From Flavobacteriales bacterium (lineage in GTDB: Bacteria > Bacteroidota > Bacteroidia > Flavobacteriales_D > Sanyastnellaceae), in NCBI GenBank assembly GCA_036562565.1, contig DATCJY010000066.1, positions 10,317 through 74,316 on the forward strand: 64,000 bases of DNA, written 5' to 3'. The notes beneath the pieces are model-generated. The model saw nothing but the letters and a program-made list of their open reading frames with translations. It did no database searches and was not told where the DNA came from. A program made the translations under genes and the position numbers. This document shows positions 40,878 through 49,657 of this stretch, one piece after another (position 1 is the stretch's first letter; each line of letters begins with the position of its first letter).

Positions 40878-41888
40878 TTAGTGAAAGCCAACAGCCAAAG
40901 GCTTTGGTTTTCTCGGTGCATAATCCTTTGCTACCTCAGCAATCGCCTTGATGTGTTCAGGGGTTGTTCCACAACAACCACCTACAATGTTCACCAATCC
41001 TTTCTCGAAATAAGGTCGCATCAGGCTTGCCATATACTCTGGTGATTGATCGTATTGCCCCATCGCATTGGGCAGTCCTGCATTGGCATATACGCTTACC
41101 AAACAATCCGCATGATTGCTCAGTATTTCCACATATTGCATGAGTGCTTCCGCCCCCATAGCACAATTGAAGCCGATGCTTAATAAAGGAACATGTGACA
41201 CGGATATCAAGAAAGCCTCTGTGGTTTGTCCGGAAAGAATGCGTCCACTTGCATCTGTTATGGTTCCCGATACCATTATGGGAAGTTCCTTACCGGATTC
41301 ATCTTGCCATTCCTGAATGGCATATAGGCAAGCCTTCGCATTGAGCGTATCGGTAATGGTTTCGACAAGAAAAGCGTCTACACCGCCATCGGCTAAAGCT
41401 TGAACTTGCTGCTTGAATGCTACAACCAGTTCATCAAAAGTGATAGCGCGATAGCCGGGGTTGTTTACATCCGGTGACATGGAAGACAGCTTGGTTGTGG
41501 GACCGATAGACCCCGCAACAAATCGCGGTTTTGAGGGATTCTTTGAGGTAAACTCATCGGCCGCTTCGCGAGCAATCTTAGCGGCTTGATAGTTGATGTC
41601 ATAGACCAAATGTTCCAAGCCATAATCCGCTTGAGAAACTGTAGTACCGCTGAAAGAGTTGGTCTCAATGATATCAGCACCTGCTTCCAAGTATTGCACA
41701 TGTATCGCTTTAATGACATCCGGGCGGGTGATACTAAGCAGGTCATTGTTGCCTTTTATTGGAAGTGGATGCTCCTTCAACGCATCATTGCGAAAGTCTT
41801 CCTCTTTGAGTTGATAGCGCTGAACCATGGTTCCCATCGCTCCATCAAGGATGAGAATGCGCTGCATGGCTAGTTCTTTAATTGTCAT
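40878..41888 (-). CDS. Homocysteine S-methyltransferase domain protein (N-terminal module of split MetH)
   Basis: 336 aa. ILDGAMGT start, IIETNSF, and the zinc-ligand pair in VGGCCGTTPEHI. It ends 63 nt upstream of the metH C-terminal polypeptide. Confidence 0.85.
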   Translation of the reverse strand: MTIKELAMQRILILDGAMGTMVQRYQLKEEDFRNDALKEHPLPIKGNNDLLSITRPDVIKAIHVQYLEAGADIIETNSFSGTTVSQADYGLEHLVYDINYQAAKIAREAADEFTSKNPSKPRFVAGSIGPTTKLSSMSPDVNNPGYRAITFDELVVAFKQQVQALADGGVDAFLVETITDTLNAKACLYAIQEWQDESGKELPIMVSGTITDASGRILSGQTTEAFLISVSHVPLLSIGFNCAMGAEALMQYVEILSNHADCLVSVYANAGLPNAMGQYDQSPEYMASLMRPYFEKGLVNIVGGCCGTTPEHIKAIAEVAKDYAPRKPKPLAVGFH

Positions 41889-41989
41889 TTATCCCAATAA
41901 GCTTATACAGCCAATGAGGCCGCTGTTGTTAAGCTCTTCAAGAAAATTACGGGATGACACATGCGGACGAATGATTGAACTCCGCTGCC

Positions 41990-42103
41990 TCATCTATCTT
42001 CAGTCTCTGATTGGTGAGCTGAAGTAGGAATTGGCACCCGCCTTTTACTCGGGTTGCCAGGACTTCTCAGGGCCTATCCCTCCGTCCTTCTTGATAAAGC
42101 GGG
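41990..42103 (-). promoter_or_regulatory. SAM-I (S-box) riboswitch aptamer in the leader of the split-metH/metF operon
   Basis: The minus-strand read is GCUUUAUCAAGAAGGACGGAGGGAUAGGCCCUGAGAAGUCCUGGCAACCCGAGUAAAAGGCGGGUGCCAAUUCCUACUUCAGC...CUGAAGAUAGAUGAGG. The conserved SAM-I blocks are all present in order: UUAUCAAGA, GGAGGGA, GGCCC, GGCAACC, GGUGCCAAUUCC and a closing GAUAGA. It sits about 100 nt upstream of the ATG at 41888. Confidence 0.85.
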
Positions 42104-42166
42104 GCGAATATAAGTATGTTCTCACAAGCTGTTATAAAAAAAATATTTCCAAATACTTATCTTATA

Positions 42167-42174
42167 TACTTTTG
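42167..42174 (+). promoter_or_regulatory. Possible Bacteroidota -7 promoter element for metK
   Basis: TACTTTTG matches TAnnTTTG and lies 25 nt upstream of the metK ATG. No convincing -33 TTG partner was seen. Confidence 0.3.
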
Positions 42175-42198
42175 GCCGCGTTATAAAAAAATTCATAC

Positions 42199-43476
42199 AT
42201 GCCATACTTATTCACCTCAGAATCGGTTTCGGAAGGACATCCCGACAAAGTTGCGGATCAAATCTCTGATGCGCTCATAGATCATTTTCTCGCATATGAC
42301 CCCTCTTCCAAAGTGGCTTGTGAGACTTTAGTCACTACCGGTCAAGTAGTGCTTGCCGGTGAAGTGAAATCTTCTGCTTACTTGGATGTACAGGACATCG
42401 CTCGTGATGTGATCAGAAAAATTGGTTATACTAAAAGCGAGTACATGTTCGAAGCCAATTCTTGCGGTATCCTTTCAGCCATTCACGAACAATCACAAGA
42501 CATCAACCAAGGTGTTGAGCGCAAGAAGCCCGAAGATCAAGGTGCCGGTGACCAAGGTATGATGTTCGGCTATGCAACCAACGAAACAGACACGTATATG
42601 CCGTTGGCTTTGGAAATCGCACACCTTATGTTGCGTGAGCTTGCGGACATCAGAAGAGAGGCAGCTGCAGGCAAAGAGAAAAGAATGACCTACTTGCGCC
42701 CTGATGCGAAGAGCCAAGTAACCATCGAGTACAACGATGACAATCAACCTATCCGCATCGATGCCATCGTTCTTTCTACTCAGCACGATGAGTTTGCGAA
42801 AGACTCAGTGATGTTGAAACAAATCAAAGATGATGTCATCAACATCCTCATCCCGCGTGTGACGAAAAAACTTCCAAAACGCGTACAAGCTTTGTTCAAC
42901 GATAAAATCAAGTACCACATCAACCCTACCGGTAAATTCGTAATCGGTGGGCCACATGGTGATACGGGTCTTACAGGTCGCAAGATTATCGTGGATACAT
43001 ACGGTGGTAAAGGCGCTCACGGTGGTGGTGCATTCTCCGGTAAAGACCCATCCAAAGTGGACCGCTCAGCTGCATATGCAACACGCCACATTGCTAAGCA
43101 CCTAGTTGCTGCAGGTATTTGTGATGAAGCTTTGGTACAAGTTGCTTACGCTATCGGTGTGGCTAAGCCGGTAGGACTTTATGTAAACACTTATGGCACT
43201 TGCAAAATCAACATGACCGATGGTGAGATTGCAAACAAAATCCTCAAAATGCCTGAGTTCGATATGCGCCCTTACTTCATAGAGAAGCGCTTCAACTTGC
43301 GCACCCCTATCTATTCAGAAACCGCTGCATACGGACACATGGGACGCGAATGCAAAGAAGTAGTGAAGGTGTTCAACAAAGGCAAAGCCAACGAGAAAAA
43401 AATGAAAGTGAAATTGTTCCCATGGGAAGAATTGAACGCTCTCGATGCTGTTAAGAAAGCATTTGGTATTAAATAA
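42199..43476 (+). CDS. metK: S-adenosylmethionine synthetase
   Basis: Motifs [25 protein letters not shown], and [16 protein letters not shown]. Confidence 0.97.
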   Translation: MPYLFTSESVSEGHPDKVADQISDALIDHFLAYDPSSKVACETLVTTGQVVLAGEVKSSAYLDVQDIARDVIRKIGYTKSEYMFEANSCGILSAIHEQSQDINQGVERKKPEDQGAGDQGMMFGYATNETDTYMPLALEIAHLMLRELADIRREAAAGKEKRMTYLRPDAKSQVTIEYNDDNQPIRIDAIVLSTQHDEFAKDSVMLKQIKDDVINILIPRVTKKLPKRVQALFNDKIKYHINPTGKFVIGGPHGDTGLTGRKIIVDTYGGKGAHGGGAFSGKDPSKVDRSAAYATRHIAKHLVAAGICDEALVQVAYAIGVAKPVGLYVNTYGTCKINMTDGEIANKILKMPEFDMRPYFIEKRFNLRTPIYSETAAYGHMGRECKEVVKVFNKGKANEKKMKVKLFPWEELNALDAVKKAFGIK

Positions 43477-43497
43477 TTGGACGCTCTGAAATAAAAG

Positions 43498-43524
43498 GCC
43501 CATCTCTGTTGAGGTGGGCTTTTT
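43498..43524 (+). terminator. Rho-independent terminator after metK
   Basis: GCCCATCTC-TGTT-GAGGTGGGC (9 bp, one G-U pair), followed by TTTTT. Confidence 0.8.
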
Positions 43525-43579
43525 ATTTTACATGCTGCACCACACAACGATATCTTTACACACATCGCTGGCATCTCCA

Positions 43580-44692
43580 ATGAATACTGATGAAATAAAA
43601 TACTATCAACGTCAGTTGCGCTTAAAGGACTTCGGGCCCGAAGCACAAGAACGACTCAAAGCTGCGCGAGTACTTGTAATAGGTGCAGGTGGTCTCGGTG
43701 CTCCGTTGCTTCAGTATCTGTGTGCTGCAGGCGTAGGCACCATCGGCATTGTAGATGGAGATAAAGTAGAACTCAGTAACCTTCATCGTCAGGTATTGTT
43801 TTCAGTGGAGGATGTCGGTCAATTAAAAGCAGAGGTTGCAAAAAGAAGACTGCAAACCTTGAACCCTTACATCAACATCATCTCCTACCCGTATTATCTC
43901 ACTGGGGAGAATGCATTGCATCTGCTTGCGCATTACGATCTCGTTGCAGATGGTTCAGATAATTTCCCAACGCGCTACCTCGTTAATGATGCTTGCGTGA
44001 TTGGCAACAAGCCCTTGGTACATGCCGCCATCTCCCAATATGAAGGCCAGTTATCGGTATTCAACTATACAAATAAGAATGGAATAACTGGTCCCAATTA
44101 TCGCGACCTCTTTCCTACTCCACCTCCTCCCGGATCAGTATTGAATTGCGAGGAAGCCGGAGTACTTGGTGTATTGCCAGGCATCATTGGTAGCCTGCAA
44201 GCCAGTGAGGTGATTAAACTAATCACCGGAATTGGAGAAGTGCTCGCAGGAAAATTATGGACAATGGATGCACGTACATTGCAAGTTCACATCTTGCAAT
44301 TCAAACGCAATATTGATACTCCATTGCCTACAGAACTCATCGATTATGAGCATTTTTGCGGAGTAAAAAAAGAACCAACTGTAATGAAAGAAATTTCCGT
44401 TGCCGAATTAAAACAATGGCGCGAACAAGGCGAAGACATTCAAATCATTGATGTGCGCGAACCTTTTGAATACGAACAAGGAAATATTGGCGGCTTGCTT
44501 ATTCCTCTCAATACAATATTGGAACGTGCAAATGAAATTGACCGAAATAAAAAAGTAGTGGTGCATTGCAAAGCAGGTGTGCGAAGTGCCAACGCTATTC
44601 ATGCGCTTGAGCAAGTTCATGGTTTTGACAACCTGTACAATTTACGTGGTGGCATTCTAGCACTTATGGAAGAAACCGATTGGGTAAAATAA
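43580..44692 (+). CDS. moeB: HesA/MoeB/ThiF-family adenylyltransferase fused to a rhodanese domain
   Basis: YQRQLRLKDFG, VIGAGGLGAP, and the rhodanese active-site loop HCKAGVRS. Start moved to MNTDEIKYY because the track start at 43514 lies inside the metK terminator. Confidence 0.8.
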   Translation: MNTDEIKYYQRQLRLKDFGPEAQERLKAARVLVIGAGGLGAPLLQYLCAAGVGTIGIVDGDKVELSNLHRQVLFSVEDVGQLKAEVAKRRLQTLNPYINIISYPYYLTGENALHLLAHYDLVADGSDNFPTRYLVNDACVIGNKPLVHAAISQYEGQLSVFNYTNKNGITGPNYRDLFPTPPPPGSVLNCEEAGVLGVLPGIIGSLQASEVIKLITGIGEVLAGKLWTMDARTLQVHILQFKRNIDTPLPTELIDYEHFCGVKKEPTVMKEISVAELKQWREQGEDIQIIDVREPFEYEQGNIGGLLIPLNTILERANEIDRNKKVVVHCKAGVRSANAIHALEQVHGFDNLYNLRGGILALMEETDWVK

Positions 44693-45106
44693 TTACCATA
44701 ATGTCGATAAATAATTTACACGGTTACTCATTCATTTCTAAACACATAACCTGAGAACCTCATTATTTATTGAATAGCACGTAACCTTTCATCATTGCTC
44801 CGTATAAGGTACTCGTACCACAAAAACATATTTTTCTTATGCGCAGAGAAACAATACCTGCCACATCTGTTCCACCTATTCTACTTTACCTCTCATTGGG
44901 TTTTGCCCATCTCTCTCAGATGCGCATTCCTTGGTGGAATAACTTTTTATCTGATAAAATTTTGAGTTGACGAAACCTGTATATATTTACCCAATCCTTC
45001 TCAAAGGAAGGTTTCCACCACTCCGAAAGTATCTCTATACGGGCGTACCACCCATCAACTTCTATTGAATTAAAAGCATTATTATTCTAACACATTACGA
45101 GTGTAT

Positions 45107-46324
45107 ATGAAGAAATTATACATCACTGTTGCGGCATTGATGATGGGTTTGGCAGTTGCTGCTCAAGCCCCAAATCGCATGAGCTATCAAGCAGTCATCC
45201 GCGACAATAACAATTCACTTATTACAAACTCCACTGTAACCACGCGTATTGCGCTGCTTCAAGGTTCTGTAAATGGAACCGAAGTATATGCTGAATTGCA
45301 CAATGCCGAAACAAACGTCAACGGACTACTCAGCATTCAGATAGGAAGTGGACAAGTAATCTCCGGCAACTTTAGTGACATTGATTGGGCAGCCGGCCCC
45401 TATTTTCTAAAGATGGAAACAGATCCGACCGGAGGTTCCAACTTCAGCATCATATCAACCCAACAACTGTTGAGTGTGCCATATGCATTGTATGCAGCCT
45501 CTGCAGGTAATGCGATTCCCGGGCCACAAGGTGAACCCGGACCTCAAGGAGAACCCGGTCCACAAGGAGAACAAGGCCCACCCGGAAACGCCAACATCAA
45601 TGGCAACATCAATTACGTTGTAAAGTTTACCGCTCCTTCAACCGGTGGAGATTCTCAGATTTATGATAACGGTTATCAAGTAGGTATCGGCACATCTGTC
45701 GGATTAGAAAAGCGCCTTGAAGTAGCTGGTACCGGAAGATTCACTCATATAAGCGCAAACGAAACTTTCCAAGAAGCAGCGATTATTACGAAATCCACTC
45801 CACAAGCGGTGCAATGGGCATCCATTGGATTTGATAACGATGCCGGATTTAAGAACGGTTCTCTTGGTTTCAGCGGAGGTACTACTTATGGTACTTACCT
45901 GATGATGCAAGGAGATGGCATGACCAATGCCAGCTGTCAGGCCCAATCCTTTGTATCTGCGAGCGATTATCGTTTAAAAAAGGACATTCAGCCGATATCG
46001 GATTTCAATCTGTATCTTGAAAAAATTCGTGGTGTTCAATCCATTACCTACCGATATAAAACAGAAGATGCAACCTCATCTCCGCATATTGGGTTTATAG
46101 CTCAAAGCCTTCCAGATGGTGTAAAGGCTGATCTGCTACAACTCAAGAGAACAGATGATCAAGAAAAATTTGTGGGCGTGAATCTTACAGACATGAGTGG
46201 TCTTTTGCTTAATGGTGTGAAAGCACTTGACGTGAAGCAACAAGAATTAGAAAATACTATTCAAGCGCAACAGCAACTCATCGATGAGTTAATGAAGCGC
46301 ATTGAGATGTTGGAGAAGAAGTAA
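45107..46324 (+). CDS. Secreted collagen-like fibre protein with C-terminal tail-fibre-type intramolecular chaperone (Peptidase_S74-like) domain
   Basis: ATG at 45107 (the track start is an upstream GTG). Signal peptide MKKLYITVAALMMGLAVAAQA. A conserved N-domain of about 115 aa ends in [16 protein letters not shown]. Seven GXY triplets [22 protein letters not shown] follow. The C-terminal SDYRLKKDIQP...SPHIGFIAQSLP... plus coiled coil matches the endosialidase/tail-fibre chaperone domain. Confidence 0.8.
   Translation: MKKLYITVAALMMGLAVAAQAPNRMSYQAVIRDNNNSLITNSTVTTRIALLQGSVNGTEVYAELHNAETNVNGLLSIQIGSGQVISGNFSDIDWAAGPYFLKMETDPTGGSNFSIISTQQLLSVPYALYAASAGNAIPGPQGEPGPQGEPGPQGEQGPPGNANINGNINYVVKFTAPSTGGDSQIYDNGYQVGIGTSVGLEKRLEVAGTGRFTHISANETFQEAAIITKSTPQAVQWASIGFDNDAGFKNGSLGFSGGTTYGTYLMMQGDGMTNASCQAQSFVSASDYRLKKDIQPISDFNLYLEKIRGVQSITYRYKTEDATSSPHIGFIAQSLPDGVKADLLQLKRTDDQEKFVGVNLTDMSGLLLNGVKALDVKQQELENTIQAQQQLIDELMKRIEMLEKK
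45521..45586 (+). repeat. Collagen-like GXY triplet tract (7 triplets)
   Basis: [21 protein letters not shown], read directly from the translation. Confidence 0.9.
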
Positions 46325-46378
46325 TCTTAAACCATACGAATACTTTAAATTATTCATTCATTAATTTTTAAAAACAGC

Positions 46379-46864
46379 ATGAACAAAAGCAAAAAAGTTC
46401 TCTTTGGAACCGGTCTCGTACTGGGAACCTTAGGAATGCACGCTCAGCAGAATACTGTGGCCTCAGGAGGAGAAGCCATAGGTCTTGGCGGAAGTGTGAG
46501 CTTTTCAGTAGGGCAAATTGATTACATCACTATTTCCGGTTCAGGTGGAAGAATGACTTTGGGGGTTCAGCAACCCATTGAAATTTATCCGGTGAGTGTA
46601 AATGATTTGCACATTGAATTGCACGCCTCAGTGTTCCCAAACCCTGCGAGAGACGGTATGACTTTGCGAATTCCTGCCGCTCTTCAGTTGAGCGAAATGG
46701 GATACCGCATTTATGATTTACTAGGAAATCTGGTAGTGGACAAAAAGGTTGATGGCCCTGATACATTTATCGATTTGGCGAACCTTTCCAACGCTACATA
46801 TCTCCTCACTGTTTACAACAAGGAAAACGATTTAACTACTTTCAAATTCATTAAGAATCAATAA
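46379..46864 (+). CDS. Mini T9SS cargo: about 60-aa Gly-rich passenger plus type A T9SS C-terminal sorting domain
   Basis: 161 aa. Signal peptide ...GTLGMHAQ. Passenger [50 protein letters not shown]-like [14 protein letters not shown]...[11 protein letters not shown]...ATYLLTVYN...FKFIKNQ (nt about 46625-46861). Confidence 0.75.
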   Translation: MNKSKKVLFGTGLVLGTLGMHAQQNTVASGGEAIGLGGSVSFSVGQIDYITISGSGGRMTLGVQQPIEIYPVSVNDLHIELHASVFPNPARDGMTLRIPAALQLSEMGYRIYDLLGNLVVDKKVDGPDTFIDLANLSNATYLLTVYNKENDLTTFKFIKNQ

Positions 46865-46869
46865 TTAAT

Positions 46870-48489
46870 ATGAGAAAAATCTATTCTGTACTTGCCGGAT
46901 TGATGCTCAGCGTAGCAGCTATGGCACAAGTACCACAAGGAATGAGTTATCAGGCGGTGGTGCGCAACGCGTCCAATGAACTCATCGTCAATACAAACGT
47001 TGGTGTGCGCATCAGCATTATTCAAGGTTCATCTATTGGTACCCCGGTTTACGTAGAAACTCAAAACGTTACTACAAACCTCAACGGTTTGATGTCTTTG
47101 ACTGTTGGCGCTGGAACTGTGGTAACCGGTAACTTCTCAACTATCAACTGGGGTGACGGTCCATACTTCATCAAAACAGAAACCGATCCAACAGGTGGTA
47201 CCAACTATACCATTTCAGGTGTTCAACAATTGTTGAGTGTTCCTTACGCTCTTTATGCAGCCAATGCCGGTAGCGGTGGTGGTACTCCCGGTCCACAAGG
47301 TCCACAGGGTCCTCAAGGTGAGCCTGGCCCTCCTGGCCCTCCTGGCCCTCAAGGCCCACAAGGTCCTCAAGGTCCACAAGGCCCTCCAGGAGAAGGTTCA
47401 GGTGGAACATTGGATGAAGCCTATGACTTTGGTGGTCCCGGTGCCGGCCGTACAATTACTGCTGATGCTGGTGCTGTGACTATTAATACTGTATCTGTAA
47501 ATGCGACAGCCTTAGAAATAAACAACAATGGCTCTAACAACATCGGTGTGGATGTAAACCTGAACAATAGTGGTGCAGGTATCCGTGCAAGAAGTACTAG
47601 CGCTTCCAACCAATACCCATCCATCCAAGCTGAAACGAACAGCTCGGCAGCTCTTAACTCTGCCATTGTTGCTCAAACTACTGGTGCGGCTTTCGCACTT
47701 AGCGGTCAAGCTGTATCCACATCCACAGCTGATGGTGCTGTATTTGGTAACAACCTAAGAACAAATGGTGGTACCGGTGTGTACGGTATAGGTTTTGACG
47801 GAGTAATTGGACAAACACAACTTAGCTCTGGTGTTGGTGTGTATGGTGTGAACATGGCCTATGCCAATGCGCAAGGTGATGCAATGGGCGTTTTAGGTGA
47901 GGGTGATTTAGTCGGAGTAGCCGGATATGCGGTGGACGAAGACTACGGTTATGGTATATTCTCGTTTGGCCATCTTGGTGCATTGGGTGATATTGACGCT
48001 CTAGGTACTAAGAACTTCACTATCGATCATCCAATTGACCCTGCCAACAAACTCTTGCGTCATGCAGCTGTAGAATCAAATGAAGTGTTGAACATCTATC
48101 GTGGAAATGTTGTTTGTGATGCAAACGGTAATGCCACTGTAGAGCTTCCTTCTTACTTCTCTGCTATCAACAAGGAGTTCTCTTACATCCTTACTCCAAT
48201 TGGTGGTGCAGCTCCTGAATTGCACGTGATGTCTGAAATTGTTGATGGCCAATTCACCATTGCCGGTGGTAAACCAAATATGAAAGTTTCATGGCAAGTA
48301 ACCGCTCAAAGAAATGATGTGTATATGCAAGACCATCCTTTCCAACCTGAGCAAATGAAGCCGGAGCACAAACAAGGTACTTACCTCTATCCACAAGGTT
48401 ATGGTCAAGGCAATGACCAGCTTTACATCCATAAGCCTGAACACAAGCTTCCTACTCAACAAGAACTTCAATTGATTAAAGAGAAATAA
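46870..48489 (+). CDS. Secreted collagen-like fibre protein, paralogous N-domain, Gly-rich beta-structure region, distinct C-terminal domain
   Basis: 539 aa with a signal peptide. By my hand alignment, its N-domain is about 60 percent identical to that of 45107-46324. Thirteen GXY triplets. A Gly/Val-rich repetitive region follows ([13 protein letters not shown].., GVGVYGV..). C-terminal [30 protein letters not shown].. is a domain of unknown function. Confidence 0.8.
   Translation: MRKIYSVLAGLMLSVAAMAQVPQGMSYQAVVRNASNELIVNTNVGVRISIIQGSSIGTPVYVETQNVTTNLNGLMSLTVGAGTVVTGNFSTINWGDGPYFIKTETDPTGGTNYTISGVQQLLSVPYALYAANAGSGGGTPGPQGPQGPQGEPGPPGPPGPQGPQGPQGPQGPPGEGSGGTLDEAYDFGGPGAGRTITADAGAVTINTVSVNATALEINNNGSNNIGVDVNLNNSGAGIRARSTSASNQYPSIQAETNSSAALNSAIVAQTTGAAFALSGQAVSTSTADGAVFGNNLRTNGGTGVYGIGFDGVIGQTQLSSGVGVYGVNMAYANAQGDAMGVLGEGDLVGVAGYAVDEDYGYGIFSFGHLGALGDIDALGTKNFTIDHPIDPANKLLRHAAVESNEVLNIYRGNVVCDANGNATVELPSYFSAINKEFSYILTPIGGAAPELHVMSEIVDGQFTIAGGKPNMKVSWQVTAQRNDVYMQDHPFQPEQMKPEHKQGTYLYPQGYGQGNDQLYIHKPEHKLPTQQELQLIKEK
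47281..47397 (+). repeat. Collagen-like GXY triplet tract (13 triplets)
   Basis: [39 protein letters not shown]. The underlying DNA is a near-periodic 9-nt repeat (ggtccacaa / ggtcctcaa / ggccctcct). Confidence 0.9.
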
Positions 48490-48512
48490 TCCTACTCTTT
48501 AAAATGATTAAA

Positions 48513-48551
48513 CGATAAAGGCCGCAGAGTTGCGGCCTTTATCGTTTTTTT
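48513..48551. terminator. Bidirectional terminator between the fibre locus and obg
   Basis: CGATAAAGGCCGCA-GAGT-TGCGGCCTTTATCG is a 14-bp perfect stem, followed by T7. Confidence 0.85.
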
Positions 48552-48575
48552 ATACCCGTTTTTATAAGAAACTGA

Positions 48576-49580
48576 TTATTCCATATCACTCGAATTGATT
48601 TGCTGCCAAATCATATCCTTCAATTTATCGATATTAAATCCGGTAACAGCAGATATGAAAATATGAGGAACGTCTTCCGGAAGCAATGGCTCCATTTGTT
48701 TCATCATTTCTTCATCCATCATATCACACTTGGTGATGGCTAGCAAACGCTTCTTATCCAACAACTCTGGATTGTATCTTCTCAATTCATCCAACAAGAT
48801 ATGGTATTCGGCACGGATGTCCTTGGAGTCGCATGCAATCATGAACAACAACGATGAGTTGCGCTCAATGTGGCGCAAAAAACGATGCCCAAGTCCTTTG
48901 CCTTCGGCAGCCCCCTCAATGATACCGGGGATATCAGCCATCACAAACGAGCGGTCATCTCTATAACGCACCATCCCTAAATTGGGTACAAGCGTGGTGA
49001 AAGGATAATCGGCAATCTCCGGCTTAGCAGCACTTACAACAGACAGCAAGGTACTCTTACCCGCATTGGGGAAACCTACTAATCCTACATCTGCAAGCAC
49101 CTTCAACTCTAGAATCTTCCATTCTTCTCGGCCCGGTTCACCCGGCTGTGCATAGTCCGGTGCCTGATTGGTCGCGGTTTTGAAATGGTCATTGCCCAAT
49201 CCGCCTCTACCTCCGGGTACAAGGATAAACTCTTGCCCGTGCTCGGTGATTTCGGCAACTATTTCACCTGTTTCAAAATCCTTGGCGACCGTGCCCAGCG
49301 GAACTTCCAAAATTTCATCTCTACCCTGTCGGCCGGTCTTGCGCGCTCCGCTACCACTTTCACCCGACTCTGCAATAACATGTTTGCGATACTTGAGGTG
49401 GAGCAAAGTCCATACATGGCTGCTACCTCGGATAATGACGTGGCCACCACGGCCTCCATCTCCACCATCTGGACCTCCGCGTGGAACGAATTTTTCTCTT
49501 CTGAAATGACGGCTTCCAGCGCCACCCGCACCGGAGCGGCAGCAAATCTTTACGTAGTCAACAAAATTGGAATCTGCCAT
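48576..49580 (-). CDS. obg: GTPase ObgE/CgtA
   Basis: FVDYVKI, Gly-rich GGDGGRGG, and the G1 motif GFPNAGKST. Confidence 0.95.
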   Translation of the reverse strand: MADSNFVDYVKICCRSGAGGAGSRHFRREKFVPRGGPDGGDGGRGGHVIIRGSSHVWTLLHLKYRKHVIAESGESGSGARKTGRQGRDEILEVPLGTVAKDFETGEIVAEITEHGQEFILVPGGRGGLGNDHFKTATNQAPDYAQPGEPGREEWKILELKVLADVGLVGFPNAGKSTLLSVVSAAKPEIADYPFTTLVPNLGMVRYRDDRSFVMADIPGIIEGAAEGKGLGHRFLRHIERNSSLLFMIACDSKDIRAEYHILLDELRRYNPELLDKKRLLAITKCDMMDEEMMKQMEPLLPEDVPHIFISAVTGFNIDKLKDMIWQQINSSDME

Positions 49581-49657
49581 AACATAGAATATAAAACGCG
49601 CTCAACCGAATTCTGGTTGAGCGCACAAAGATGATATTAAAAAATAGAATTACAGTC

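Noticed and set aside
43514-43579. The upstream start of the moeB-like ORF as given in the ORF track.
   Set aside because: That start lies within the metK terminator stem and T-run and adds a hydrophobic, non-conserved extension. The internal MNTDEIKYYQRQ start matches the family N-terminus.
44839-44982. A 47-aa ORF (MRRETIPATSVPP...) inside the long leader of the fibre locus.
   Set aside because: It is below any confident size, has no motif, and the hairpin at 44905-44925 sits inside it. I kept the region as non-coding and flagged it as a finding.
47171-47666. ORFs in other frames and on the other strand across the collagen tract (47171-47455, 47237-47479, 47421-47666).
   Set aside because: They are stop-free artefacts of the periodic GXY-encoding DNA. 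Their translations are Leu/Val/His/Pro repeats that mirror the triplet repeat.
45107-48489. Reading the tail-fibre-like locus as a prophage remnant.
   Set aside because: Nothing phage-like was seen for at least 10 kb on either side: no integrase, terminase, capsid, portal, baseplate or lysis genes. The flanks are moeB-like, metK, obg and adk. All three proteins carry bacterial Sec signal peptides, and one has a T9SS sorting domain. A full-genome check is still needed.
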